Positions 12,280 through 26,452 of a stretch of DNA of 64,000 nt are shown in pieces. Both the position numbers and the translations under genes were made by a program. The notes below the pieces were generated by a model, which worked only from the letters and a program-made list of their open reading frames with translations, did not search any database and was not told the DNA's origin. The stretch is taken from assembly GCA_964016885.1 (NCBI GenBank), contig OZ024741.1:83700001-83764000 (forward strand), in the 5' to 3' direction. How positions within the stretch are numbered: position 1 is the stretch's first letter; the number at the start of each line of letters is the position of its first letter. This DNA is from Eledone cirrhosa (taxonomy: Eukaryota).

Positions 12280-13380
12280 CTGCGGAAAATGTGTGGAGAT
12301 GATCAACGAGAACGATGTTGAGTTCCCAGCAATTGTCACTGAGAAACTGAGTCTCCTCCTGAGACTTACCTGTGACAGAGAATATCTACATGAATATAAC
12401 ATTTAATGTTTCTTCCCCAATAAACCTATAAGAGGTTGACGGCCCTTCACTGGCCAACGGATGGAGCAGAATCATACAGACCCCTGAAAACCACGAAAAG
12501 TCGAGAAGAAAGATCGCACATTTGTTTAAGTTCAATAATAAACCATACGCCAAAAGCATAGCGGCCATCGGTGTCTGCATGGCTGGTGATGTGACCAAAC
12601 TGGCTATGGTATGGTGAGACAGGAGAATCAAGGAAAGTTGAGAACTCCATAACCTTAAACATGTACACCTCCTATGTTGACGATATCAAGATAGTGATTC
12701 AAACTACCCCACGAGAGAGAACTCATGAATCTGAACAAGAAGCTAACACCATGGTGATCGTCCAGCAAATAGCTAACTCTATCCAGCAGAATATTAGGTA
12801 ACAGTAGACTACAGTAAGGTAACTAAGCACTCCACCTATATCAGACAAAATTAAAAGAAAACTGGCTAGAACTTATAGAGGAGAAAATATCATCAGTCCT
12901 ATACCAAACTAGATTAAGGGGGCTCAATAGATAACATAGAAACAAAGATCCTATCCATACATAGAACTGACGCAACACTCAGATATATCACGAAGGCAGT
13001 ACACGTAATTACATATAGACTTAGCCTGAACAGAAAAGACGAGTAGAAAGAGCACACAACTTCACGACTGAAACAGAATAGGGAAGAAAAGACACAAATA
13101 GCAAAAGATACAAATCCACGCATACATAAAACACACAGTGTGATAAACAGAAAAACACATACACACACACACACAAAAACGAAGGTGCATGCGCAAACGC
13201 ACGCCCAGACAAGAATTATGATGGAGTAGAATGTTAAGGCCAGATAAAAAAGCGGAGGCACAAAACATAAAGTCATTGAAGTGTTTACAGAATATGTGAC
13301 AAAAGAACTTTGACGAACGAATGAATAACAAAAGATAAAGATAAATGATCATCGCCAAAGATAACAATCTATATATTATA
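12280..13380 (+). pseudogene. Decayed Penelope-like element with RT core and deleted GIY-YIG part, inverted relative to 11230-12220
   Basis: Reads ..AAIGVCMAGDVTKLAMVW*D...MYTSYVDDI (RT motifs); ~12920-13050 resembles the end of the 2795 ORF. Confidence 0.7.
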
Positions 13381-13458
13381 TATTTATATATTGTTTTTAT
13401 ATAAGTATGTAAGTATGTATGCACACACACACAAGCACACATACACCCACCCACCCCG

Positions 13459-13536
<78 letters not shown>

Positions 13537-13870
13537 ACATATATATCACAGTTTTAAAATTCATATATATTATTCATTGTGAAAGTATTTCTCTGAGATA
13601 ATTAAAGCGATTTACACGTTTCGAAATACCTGTTAAAAAACTAAAATGTTATTCGTTTACTTTTGTTATTTATGTTAGCAATCAATATCTTACGTCTATC
13701 ACTTTGTCAAAAATATTCACAATTAGCTAATCCATTATTAATCAAGTATTTATACGATCTCATTCGTTTTTACTGAACATATGATGCGATTTTATCAGAT
13801 AAAACGCACTTTGAAATATTAATTTTTGAAGACTTTTATATTTTCATTTGGTTTCAATATAATAAAATAT

Positions 13871-13978
13871 AATTGTTTCTACTTTTGGCATAAGGCCAGC
13901 AATTACCCAGTAATTGGCACTTTATTTTATCGACCCCATACGGATGAAATACAAAGTTAACATCGGCGGGATTTGAAT
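13871..13978 (-). mobile_element. Nin-domain SINE, 5'-truncated
   Basis: Matches 371-480. Confidence 0.75.
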
Positions 13979-14040
13979 ATAATATAATATAATATAATAT
14001 AATGTAATATAATATATATATATATATATGTATATATATA

Positions 14041-14416
<376 letters not shown>

Positions 14417-14539
14417 ACCAAAGGTGTATATTGAGTTAGGAACTCAAAATAGTCTCTTACAATAAAATAGTTCTAAGAAAGAGATATTTCTGAGCCGTAT
14501 ATTTTTGGTAGTTTCCACAATTCCGGTTTGTATTTATTT

Positions 14540-14748
14540 TCTTAATTTTTTTTAAAATTGAGACAAGCGAACCCAATTGTCTATAGTTAGTATCCTTTTC
14601 ACCTTAGCGAATCAGGTCCCTTACGATTTGACACATATATGTATATGTCTGTTGGTTTTTCTTTTATATTCTATTATTATTATATATATATATATATACA
14701 TATATATTTCGTTTCTGAATTATTGGCAACATGACCCTCCCAAAGTAT

Positions 14749-14752
<4 letters not shown>
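14540..14752 (+). mobile_element. Penelope-like pLTR 3' terminal fragment
   Basis: Ends TGGCAACATGACCCTCCCAAAGTATAAC followed by (TA)n, similar to the PLE terminus TATGACCCTCCCCAAATATAAC at 4201-4222. Confidence 0.45.
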
Positions 14753-14793
<41 letters not shown>

Positions 14794-15313
14794 TAAATTT
14801 GTATTCCAACGTCGGTAAACAAACTTTTGAACAGCAAAATTGAACGTTCTCTATACTGTAACCATCGTTTGAAAACGACTTTTTCTTTTTTTAAATGCAT
14901 ATAATGTTACCTTTTTACACCACCGTTTGCAAATTTCTGTTTTATATGTTTATACACAGGATATGGCTTTCTATAATAATAGTACTAAACACTGTTTTCT
15001 GGACCCCTTTAGAAATAACCTGCTACTATAATAGCCCCAATAACTTGTCTGTGACACTGTACCACTTTGACCCCTTTAACTAAATTTTGTCCGAACAACA
15101 CCACTAGAAGAATTTACTTCCCCCGCCAACCCTAAGACGCCTCATTAAGCTAACTGCTGCCAAAACATTCGCTCCTTACAATCTCTACTAGTCTGACAGT
15201 CTTACATCCTAAGACTCCCTCCACCTTACTCACTTCCCTCTTCCCCTCTCTGCCTACCTCCTTCTTTATCTTTTATCTAGTGTATAAAATATTTTCATAT
15301 CATTCCAATACAA

Positions 15314-15430
15314 AGGTCTGACGACATGGTGTGTTTGCTTACAGTGTACCTTCGGTTTATGATAATATTTTTATATTATTCAAATAGCGAGGTATAGGTA
15401 ACCCACACACTATAGAAACAATTGTTACCT
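15314..15430 (+). ncRNA. Type I hammerhead ribozyme with long stem II insertion
   Basis: AGGT-CTGACGA-CATGGTGTG...(~70 nt)...CACACTATA-GAAAC-AATT-GTT-ACCT; palindromic ACAATTGT stem III; about 45 bp upstream of a (TA)n tract. Confidence 0.65.
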
Positions 15431-15474
15431 AATAAATTCTGTATACCCGCATTTCCATTTCATAAACTTCTTCT

Positions 15475-15538
<64 letters not shown>

Positions 15539-16499
15539 GAATATAAAAGAAAAACCAACATATATATATATATATACACATACATATATATATATATTAG
15601 TGTGTGTGTTTTTGTATGCATATTTTGTATGTTATATTTTGCGGGATTCAAATGTGTCAACGCCTTGTAATTACCTGGTAAACGCTGAAGTGGCTTTTGA
15701 TGGCCGGATCTTTCTATCAGGAACATTAACTATGGTCATCTGGTATTTTGTTTATTTTCTAATGAATACGTTTTTATGTATTGCATATTTCTAGAAATAA
15801 AAGTGGCTACAATTTCTCTATATAAACAGTTCTACCGTATTTAATGTTACCGCACTTAACCGGGAACGTTGTTTTCCCCTGTATAACGCTTTTGAATTAT
15901 TAGGCAATAATATTACCATCATCATCATTAGGAGATGTCTATCTCTATATGTTTCTCGAGAAAATTTTATAGAAGTAATTGCCTGGTCCTGAAATGTTAT
16001 TACATAATTATTTTTCTGTGATGAATAATTGATAATGTTTGTGTTCGCAATATATTTCCTGCACTGAAATGCCCAAATATACGTACAGATTTTCTCGGTG
16101 ATATAGTTTAATTACGGAATGTTAAATTGAAAAATAATGTATAATATAGCTCAATATATTGGCCTATTTTATGATTAACAAAGAGATCTTGTTAATTTTG
16201 TATTCAATGCATTTTATATTTCTTAACGTGATATTCTACATCTATTATATTTACAGAGATCAGGATGAACGTAATGTGCAACTACAAACATAAGTCATCT
16301 AAAATTGTAGTGGCTGCACAAATAATATCTTGTAATGTCACCGAAGTATAATATAAGGCATGTCTTTTTACAACTTGTTGAAGTGATAACCATCATTTAT
16401 GCACTGCTTTGATGTAAAATCTCTTTTGGAACATAGCGGGCCAGGTTCGTAAATTCTACATGAAGAGATAACCCTTTTGTTCGTGCTCTTTGCAAAATA

Positions 16500-17126
16500 C
16501 AGTGAATCTTCGCTTATCCGGACGGTCAAAACCAAACAGTTAGAAAAAGATCCGGTTAAGTGAAATATCCGGATAAGTGAATTCTAAATCGTGGTTTCTA
16601 ATGTTTTGGCTTCTTTTCGTCAAAATAAAGGACAAATGGTAAGTAAAGAAAGTTTATTAGAATAACAAAAGAATTTATAAGAAAATTAATTAAACAAACA
16701 TAAGAATAACTAAAAACTTGGTAAAACTGAATTGAGTCAAACCATAAAAAGTTAGTACTTTTATAAAAATGAATAAATAGAAGATTGTTTTCGCGCCGAT
16801 GGTCGTCGTTCCGCTACCATTTCCACGCAACAGCTGAACGGTCAACCAACTCCCTCATGTTTATCGCATGTAAAAATGGAATAATTCCCGTGTCCCCTTT
16901 TCCGATCAAATCCCGCAGCAATTGTTTTCTGTAAATCCGCTTTAGTGTCTCCAAAACTCCCTGGTCAATTGGCTGAATAAGTGACGTAACGTTCGCCGGA
17001 AGAAATGCTGCCCGAATCTGTCCGTCTGCCGAAATCAAGTCCTCCTCATCCGGATGTAGTATAGAAATAACCATCCGGTAAATCGAATTTCGGAAAAGCG
17101 ATATCCGGATAAGCGAAGATGTACTG
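16500..17126 (-). mobile_element. Internally deleted pogo/Tigger-like DNA transposon
   Basis: TA-flanked TIRs CAGTGAATCTTCGCTTATCCGGA / TCCGGATAAGCGAAGATGTACTG; the internal fragment encodes FLPANVTSLIQPIDQGVLETLKRIYR, a pogo-type DDE motif. Confidence 0.9.
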
Positions 17127-18243
17127 TATTTAGAATTAATTCTCGTCAGGTTCACTATGAAACTGAAAATTTCAAAACAAATATAGGATGCAAATAAATG
17201 CATTTCATTGTATACACATGCATAGTACAAAGAGAGTGTGCACTTCTGCTTCATAAGGATTTAAACAACAATTTCAGCTATATTTTAAAATATTTTTTAA
17301 TGGATGATATATTATCCAAGTAAAGTTCACTGATATTTTAAATAACTCGAGCAGTACAGTAAGTGATTCCATCAAACATTAACATATCAGCAGTTCTTTT
17401 TAGTATAGATATAATAAGCATCTAGCTATTGGAACGATTTGATTCTTTGCAGGTGCATCTGCAAATATTTCCATATCTAATGAACATTTAATTAATATTC
17501 TTTAATTGTGCTACAAACAATTTTAAGGATTCACAGAAGCAGATTCGAATAAGCAGATAGCCGTAGGAAATCAGTTATTTAGATGTTTGTGAACATGTTT
17601 TAATATTTTTTAGAATATCGAAATCGCATATATCACCATAATGATTTACTCATGTATTGATCTTTGACTAAACCATTTTAAATATTGTTTAATGATCCCA
17701 ATGTATGAATATTACTTGATTATTTTACTAAATAAAAGCATGCTAATAGTTCAAATGCTACAGTCTATTACATTAAAACATTTCATTCACTTTTCTATAG
17801 TAAAATTTAAAACAGGATTTACGTTGAGTAAAATGTTGAATTGAAACATATTACAAACACATTAATAAATAGGTGGTAATATATAGATCAAATGCAAACT
17901 TCATTTTCGTATTTTACTCTTTCTTTAATCTGCAATATATGACTTAACTTACCTTAAATTTATAGTGGTTTCCCTAATTAGTCACCCGAGATGCCATACG
18001 TAAACTAAATGGAACTATGTATCGTAGCACAATACGATTTAATGAGGACATGTGTTAAAGAAACTGACTCTCACCATCTTCTTTTTATCTGTGTATATTA
18101 TTGGAAAAATGTATAAAAACTTCAGAAAAACGTTGCAACCTATCCTTCAAACAAATTTTCGAATTTTGATTTGCATAATTTCATTTTGATTTAGAACTAA
18201 ATACTTAATTACATTTATTATATTTTTCTTTTTTTATAATTAT

Positions 18244-18428
18244 AATTGTTTCTACATTTGGCACAAGACCAGCAATTATCCCTGTGCATTACTGGTACTT
18301 TATTTTATCGACCCCGTAAGGATGAAAGGCAAAGTTGACCTCGGCGAGATTTGAACTCAGAATGTAAAGGGCCGTAACTCTATGCGTCAAAGCATGACGT
18401 CCGACCCTCTACCGATACTGCCAATCCA
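18244..18428 (-). mobile_element. Nin-domain SINE
   Basis: Full-length match to 371-556. Confidence 0.85.
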
Positions 18429-18501
18429 ATGAAGATCAAACATGATCGTGTTAAGATTATAAATAACAATAGCACCAACAACAATAATAACAACAACAAC
18501 A

Positions 18502-19150
18502 ACAAGGAGGAAGAGCAACCTCCATGAAAAATCTCTTCATAGTACCTTCTTTAAGAAAACGGAATTTAGAGATCCACAGACATGGAACTGGTTAAAAAGA
18601 GGAGACCTTAAAAGAACAAGCCCTCAGAACGAAGTGAGTGAAACACCATATTGACAAGGAGAAGGCTAGCTCACTGTGTAGGATCTGTAGAGAGAGAGAG
18701 GAGACTGTGGCTCACATTGTATCCGAGTGTAAACATCTATCCCAGACTCACTATAAAACTGGAGACATGATGTGATAGGCAGGGTGATCTACAGGCATCT
18801 ATGCAAACTAAATCATTTACCACATTCTGAGAAGTGGTAAGAGCATAATCCAGAGTCGGTGACAGAAAACGATCAGGTGAAGGTGCTATGGGATTTTAGG
18901 ATACAGACGGACAAGAAATTAGAACACAATAGGTCTGACCTGGTGGTTTTGGACAAGGAAAAAAGATCGTGCCTGATTGTAGATGTAGCCTGCCCATTTG
19001 ACACGAGAGTGCAAGAAAAGGTGAGGGAGAAAATTAACCGATACCAGGATTTAAAGTTGAGTTAAAAAGGATTTGCAACTGCCATATTGTGGATATTCAT
19101 TTCAACAAACTTTCCAGTTAAATAACATCAATGACTGAGATTCAAAGAAC
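18502..19150 (+). pseudogene. R4/Dong-like LINE family 1, decayed 3' fragment
   Basis: Homologous to ~59570-60420 (CCHC finger, [21 protein letters not shown]); ends in (TAA)n. Confidence 0.85.
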
Positions 19151-19167
19151 AATAATAATAATAATAA

Positions 19168-22100
19168 TGATTTCTTTATTGGCCACAAGGGCTGACATCA
19201 AGAAAAACATTACAGACAGCACAGGACGGTACAGGACGGTACGATGTGGGTTTTGTGCGTGTAAATATTTTTATTACTTATATAAGAAAAGAAAAAAAAG
19301 ACATAGAAACATATATATAAACAATAAAAATGAAAATTGAAACAATGAAAAATTCCCCAGTAGGGGGGAAACCTCCGAGGGTTACTCGTGGCGAAACCCA
19401 CACAAAAGACCACGGCCACTCTGACCGCCAGGGCAAACGCCCCCTTTCAATTTTTCCATTTCTCAAACTACAAACGTATATTCAGAGCGGTCCCGTTCAC
19501 TCGCACCATTCTCGCTACATTCACTCACCTTCAACAAACTTGCTAGAAGGCAGCACTTGCCTCTCCACCCTGATCTTCCTCTTCAAGTGAAACTTGAAAA
19601 AGTTAATTAGGGATTCGCCGAAGAGGAAAGTGTCTGCTTTAACCCTTTCAACCTTGTCCACCACACAATCTCTTTCGCCATGGCCACCAGGCAGATGAAA
19701 ACCGCCTGCCCTTCCTCCTTGAAGGAAGACGGCGAGACCATCTGCACAATGGACTCAGTCGATAACCAGATCAGTCCTACACGCGAAAGCAACTGTTCGA
19801 CATAGCCCCACAAGTCAAAAATGCTGGGCTATTGAACGAGTGCGTGCACGACGGCTTCGTCGCTCTGCGCGCCTCTCGGACAGGCTCGGCTGACGGCACT
19901 TCCGTGCCTGTAGAGCTTATCTCGAACCGGCAGCGCTCCTTGGTAGCACTGCCAGCCAGGGATTTTTGGAAGTTATCCATAGGCCCTGGGCTGAAAGTTC
20001 TCCGGAAGAGAGCAGACAGCTGTACTTCTTCGACACCCAGGATCTCGCCGAGAACGTCGTCGCTCTTCCCCTCCACTAGTCCTCTATAGAACGCCGAGGT
20101 GGATGTTCCACCGATACTGGTGCCTGCTGGCAGAGGGCAGTTAGCGCCTGGAGACATTCCAGTTTCCAAGCTCTATCCCTCGGTCTTTTTCTGACCCAGG
20201 ACTGCAGCTCCGTCAAGGAGACGAGCTGTGGGAAAACGTGCCTGGCGAACGGCGACCACGCCTGTTCACCATCAAGGAAGCACCAGAGATGTCGCAGCCT
20301 CGGCGCATGTTTGCGCATCATCAGCCATGGCATGCCCAGTCCTCTACGCAACGGGTGCTGACAGCAGATGCATCGTCTGACCATGGGAGTGCGTCCCTTC
20401 CACAAGAAGCGGAAGAGGGGGCGCTCCATTTTGGTGAGAGTTGGGCCGGAGCAAGGGACGACGGTGAGGCGGTAGCAGATGACGGATGTGATGTACGCAT
20501 TCGCCACCTCCGCCAGGCCTTTCAGGGACAGGTTCCTCTCGGCCCATTTCTAGATGAGGGAGGCCACCCTGCCTGTCACCTCGTTCCAGTTTTTCTCCAT
20601 CTGGACGTCCGGCCCGAACCAGACCCCGAGCAATTTAACCGGTCCGTCCGTCCAACGCCCCACGACGCTGTCGGAGGGCATGGACTTGCCTCTTCATGTG
20701 CCGAGCTGCAAACCCACCAACTTTTTCCGTTTTATCTTTGATCCTGTCACCGCTTCGTATTCCTTGAGAGCGGTGCCGAGCATCTGGACGTGTTTGGTGC
20801 TCGTCACCAGCACGGTGACGTCGTCGGCGTAAGCCGACTCGTATTTCCCGCATCCTAGTTCGCTTGGGACGCCCCTCATAGCCCCCTAGTTTGTGCAGTA
20901 ACGGCTCGAGAGTCAATACGTACAAGAGGAACGAGAGGGGACAACCCTGGCGGACTGAGCGTTGATGCTGAATGGCTGCGACAGGTGACGGTTCACCCTC
21001 ACAACTGAGCAGATGTCGCTGTACATCGCAGCGATCCAACCCCTGAAAACGGGCCCGAAACCGGCTGCCTCGTGGATGCCAGGTACCGATGGTCGACCCT
21101 ATCGAATGCTTTGGATTGATCCAAGTTGATCAGGGACTCACCCGTGCCAGGTTCCTTAACCACCCTCTCTACGATGTATCGCATGAGGTGTAGGTTGTCG
21201 TGTATGGATCTGTCCGGAATGGCGCATGTCTGCGCCTCTCCCACCAGACCCTTGACGACACGCGCCAACCTCGTTGCTAACACCTTGGCCAACATCTTGA
21301 ACTCTGAGTTTAGCAGGGTTATGCGCTTGAAATTATCGATAACATCCCCCCTGTTCGGGTCTTTTCTCAGCAGCGCCACCGCTCCCCGGCTAACAAAACT
21401 GGGAATGCTCCCGTTCTGCTGCCAGTTGCAGTAGACGTATTTTACCGGCTGTTATTGGCTTTTCGCAACACGGTGCTGCGGTCGTCGAGAGCCGAGGCAG
21501 TCCGTCGAGGTATGCAACATGCCGCGATCCTGGCCGCCGCTGCTCCCGAACAGTTCAGCAAAGTGCTGCTGAATAGCTTCACACATCCGCTCGGGTTCGA
21601 GCAACACGCACCCGTTTTGGTCAGACAAAGACCGAATTGTGGCTTAGTTGCCACGTCGCGCCTCTGCCACCCGGGCCCATTGGACCGCTTTTGTCCCCTC
21701 GTGTTTCAGAAAACGCGCTCTAGCTCTGACAACGCAGCCTTTGTGTTTTGCGTTGAAGAATTGGTCGAGTGCCAATCTCGCCGCAAGCACGTCGGTTGCG
21801 ATGCCTGTCCTAAACGCCTCTTCTAGCTTTCTGACTAGCTCTCCCTCTACTCTATTTTCCTCTATCACTACTCCTTTGTTAAACCTAATCGACTCTACTT
21901 TAATTGCCATTTTCAGGGCGAACCACCACCTGTTGTTGACGACCGCTCCCGTCCACGCCCGCTTAACTAATACGCTAATCCGGTCTCTGTAGGCTTTGCG
22001 CGCCGGGAAAGACGTGTTCAGCTTCCAGTAAGCGGGCCCCTGTCTATGAAGTCTGTCTGTCGATCTCGCAGATCACAAATTTGTGGTCTGTGTAGTCGAC

Positions 22101-23060
22101 TATTTTAAATTGTGAACAATTTATACTAGCCTTATCTAGTTCTCTGCAGAATACCCTATCGAGATACAATCTGGATGACCCGATGTTGTTTGTCCATGTC
22201 CATATTGGCACATTCCGGTGATTCAGTCGATACCTGCCAGACAGTTCAAAACGTCTGAGCAGGTTGGTGAGGCTCTTGCACCCTCCTCCCCTATTCACTA
22301 GTCCCACACAATCCCAGCGTGCATCCAAGATACCGTTCCAGTCGCCCACTAACACTAAAGAGCGGGACGTTCCAAGAAAGGTCTCTAGATATCTGAAGAA
22401 ATCTTGCCGTTCTGCCCCTGATGGGGCGTAGACGGCTACTAGCCTGAAAGCATTGCCTTCGCTGCCGGTCTCGTCCAGCACCACCGACTTACCTTCTGGG
22501 TCTAGGAAGATGGCCCGTATGGCGAGATCTAAGCATCTCCGAAAAAGGACGACAACCCCTCCCCCTGATCCTGGACGGATGGGAGACGCGTATACATCGT
22601 CGCCGCCGAAGATCGGTGCGAAGGCTTGGGCTTCGGAGATTCTGGTCTCACTGATGGACACCACATCTATGTTTAGTGACCTGAGGTCGTTGAGCAGGTG
22701 ACCCGGCTTCCAAGATGACCCCAGGCCACGTGCATTTATACTGCCTATTCTGAGTACGGCCATGTTGGATGAGAAACGGGGCAAGTGAGAAAGGGTCGCT
22801 TACCTTGATCGTGTGGTGAATGGACAGTAGAACCGTCCCTTTGGGTGGTCATGGGTGTTTCCAAGAGGATGTCAGTGTATATCCTCTTGGTAACCGTCCC
22901 TCAGAAGTCTCCAACTGCGTTGGGGAATTTTTGTTTTAAAGGTTTGTACTGTTCTATTGAGATTTCAAAGATGCGTATGTTTGTCAGGAGAGTTCTTGTT
23001 GTTGGAGGGTTGTAGTAGTTTTTTTTATGTGATGTCTGTGTGTTGCTTTATATATTGTAT
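19168..23060 (-). mobile_element. Tx1-like (L1 clade) LINE, frameshifted and 5'-truncated
   Basis: APE endonuclease ORF at 22044-22784 and broken RT ORFs (LDQSKAFDRVDH, AYADDV) homologous to 26453-29872; bounded by (TAA)n. Confidence 0.9.
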
Positions 23061-23080
23061 GATAATAATAATAATAATAA

Positions 23081-26000
23081 GAGAACGGAGGAACCATCCG
23101 AAACAGACAATGATCTGAATGCTGAAATAAATAATACCTAGAGCAAAGATACGGCCATTGAGGAGATGAATGCTGACGGGATAGGACAAGATCTGGTTGA
23201 TATCCTAACGTTAGTAGTAGATGAATTGAACAATGATAGTGGGAAACATATGAACCTAACATTTGTAGACAGGAAAAAGTTAAAAGAAACAACAGCTAAG
23301 GTAAACAACGTCATCCCATACCTTGAGGCGAGGAGCCTTCACCAGTGCAACAATATCCTCAAAGCAACAGCAAATGCGGTGAGGAAATTACTTGGTATAA
23401 AAGCGAGAGGAAACAACAAACAAGAAAGATCAGAGCCTTGGTGGAAGAAACGACTGAGTGGTCAAATCAGGGAAAGAGAAATGACATTGGAAGCTTGAGT
23501 CTACTGAATGGGACACTAAAAAACATCTACACTAAAAATAGACTGGAAATAAAGTACAAAACTAGGAGGAAAAAGCTAAATATTATCATAGAGGAACTAT
23601 AGCAACGCACTGTAGCAAAGAGTGCAAACATTAGGCGATACGAGAGCAGAGTCAGTCAGTATAGACATAACCGCATGTTTGACAACAACCAGAAGATGGT
23701 GTTTGGACAGCTTGAGCGGAAAGAAAGAGGCAACGACTTGATCCCTGAGGCGGAACAAACTAAAACATTCTGGAGAGGAATATGGGAGCAGGATGTTAAA
23801 CATAGTGACCAGGCAGTGTGGATTGAGACAGTACAGAAGGAGATTAGTGAACAGGCACACCAACAAACTGACTTGAGTATCACAGTTGAAACTCTTAAGG
23901 GGCAGGCCAAAAATCTAACCAACTGGAAATCACCAGGCCCAGATGGTGTGCAGGGGTATTGGATTAAAAATATAACATCCCTCCACCTGAAACTGACAAG
24001 CATGTTCAATGACTGCTTGATGTCAGGTGAGGTACCAGAGTGGTTGACAAAAGGGACCACAGTTCTGGTAATGAAGGACTGAATCAAGGGTAATGATGTT
24101 ACCAACTATAGACCTATCACATGTCTGTCCGTAATGTGGAAACTGTTGACAGGCATTATGTCTGAGGAAATCTACCATCACCTCCACACAAACAACTTGT
24201 TACCGGATGAACAGAAAGGATGCCGAAAGAAGTCCCGTGGTACAAAGGACCAGTTACTTATTGATAAGATGGTAATGAGGAATTGCAAGAGGAGACACAC
24301 TGGTCTTGCCATGGGATGGATAGACTACAAAAAGGCATTTGACATGGTGCCTCATTCTTGGATCACCAAAAGCCTAGAGATCTTCAAGGTGGCAGATAAC
24401 ATCAGACAGTTGTTGGGCAAAAGTATGAAGTCCTGGGAAACAGAGTTAACATCAGCTGGAGAATCCTTGGGAGGCGTGAAGATCTAGAGAGGTATCTTCC
24501 AGGTTGATAGTCTGTCCCCTCTGTTGTTTGGCCTTGCCCTGATGCCCCTGGCCATTATACTGCGAAAAGTGAGAGCAGGATACAAGTTGGGAAAGGGAGA
24601 GCTTACCATCAATCTCCTCTTCATGGACGATCTTAAGCTCTTCGGGAAGAGTGAGAAGGAGTTGGATGTGCTTGTTGACACTGTCCGTATTTTCAGCAAT
24701 GATATATGTATGCAATTTGGTATTAGTAAGTGTGGAGTCCTTGTGATGAAGAGGGGTAAACTGAGCAGAAGCAACGGAATCCAGGTACCAACAGGTGAGA
24801 TGATAAAAGAAATTGACACTGAAGAAGGATATAAGTATTTGGGTGTTCTGGAGGCTGATGACATCAAGAACAAAAAAATGAAGGAATTGATAAGAACTGA
24901 ATACATTCGGAGAGTAAGGAGCGTATTCAAGTCACATCTGAACAGTAGGAATGCCATAAGTGCAGTAGATTCCCGAGCTGTGTCTATTATTAGGTACAGT
25001 GCAGGAATTCTGAGATGGGATGTTGCTAAACAAAAATAAATGGATAGGAAGACTAGGAAGCTATTGACTATCTACAACATGTTCCACAAGAGGAGTGATG
25101 TCGATAGACTATACTTAAGGAGATTTGAAGGTGGAAGAGGTCTTATCAGCATAGAGGACTGTGTTCAGATGGAGAAAAACAACCTACACAAATACGTGAC
25201 TGATAGTAAGGAGCCAATGCTCAGAACTCTACTGAAGGAGAGGACAATAGACCAGGGAATGTCCAAGGAGGAAATAACAACAAGGAGAAAGAGCAGCCTT
25301 CAGGAAAAATCCCTTCATATTACCTCTTTGAGAAAACTGAATTCAGAGATCCACAGACATGGAACTGGTTGAAAAGAGGAGACCTTAAAAAGGCTACAGA
25401 AGGAATGTTAATGGCTGCGCAAGAGCAGGCTCTCAAAACGAAGTGGTTGACCACCATATTTACAAGGAGGAGGCTAGCCCGCTGTGCAGGATCTGTGGAG
25501 AGAGAGAGGAGACTGTGGCTCACATTGTATCCGAGTGTAAACACCTAGCCCAGACTCACTATAAGGGCTGGAGACATGATGTGATGGGCAGGGTGATCCA
25601 CTGGCACCTACGCAAAGTAAACAATTTACCACATTCTGAGAAGTGGTATGAGCATAAGCCAGAGTCGGTGATAGAAAACGATCAGGTGAAGGTGCTGTGG
25701 GATTTTAGGATACAGACAGACAAGAAACTGGAACACAATAGACCTGACCTGGTGGTTTTGGACAAAGAAAAAAGATCGTGCCTGATTGTGGATGTGGCCT
25801 GCCCATTCGACACGAGAGTGCAAGAGAAGGAGAGGGAGAAAATTAACCGATACAAGGACTTAAAGTGGGAGGTAAAAAGGATTTGGAACTGCCATGAAGT
25901 CAAAGTGGTCCCGATTGTCATAGGCGCACTAGGTACTATCTCAAAATGTTTTTTCAGGGATGGTTAAAGAAAATTGGCCCCATCACACTTTTTGGAACGC

Positions 26001-26133
26001 TTCAAAAGGCATGCTTGTTGGGAACAGCAAGAACCCTCCGATACGTCCTGAATATATGAGGCTGCAGGTAGTGGCTTGATATTAATTTCAACAAACTTTC
26101 CAGTTAACTAACATCAATGACTGAGACTCAAAG
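23081..26133 (+). mobile_element. R4/Dong-like LINE family 1, 5'-truncated, with multiple stops and frameshifts
   Basis: Fragments [34 protein letters not shown]...C and RPDLVV; (TAA)n on both sides. Confidence 0.9.
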
Positions 26134-26136
26134 AAC

Positions 26137-26200
<64 letters not shown>

Positions 26201-26452
26201 TTTTGTTTTCTTTATTAACCACAAGGGTTCACATAAAGTAGACATTAAGGACAGTACAGGACAATACAGGACAATACAGGACGGTACAAATGGGCATTTC
26301 TGCGTGTAAAAAAACAGAGGTTGAAATAACAAAGAAAAATTCCCCAATAGGGGGGAGACTTCCAAGGGACATTTGTGGAGAAAGCCCATTAAAAGACCAC
26401 AGTGGCCCTGACCACCATGGCAAGTGCCCTCTCCCAGTTTTACACCTTTAAT

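Noticed and set aside
15680-15722. CTGAAGT-GGC..GCC-GGAT hammerhead-like word
   Set aside because: Several core nucleotides mismatch and there is no convincing stem I or III.
16241-16293. Possible terminal exon (TTTACAG acceptor, then DQDERNVQLQT*)
   Set aside because: Too short to support without transcript data or upstream exons; it remains possible.
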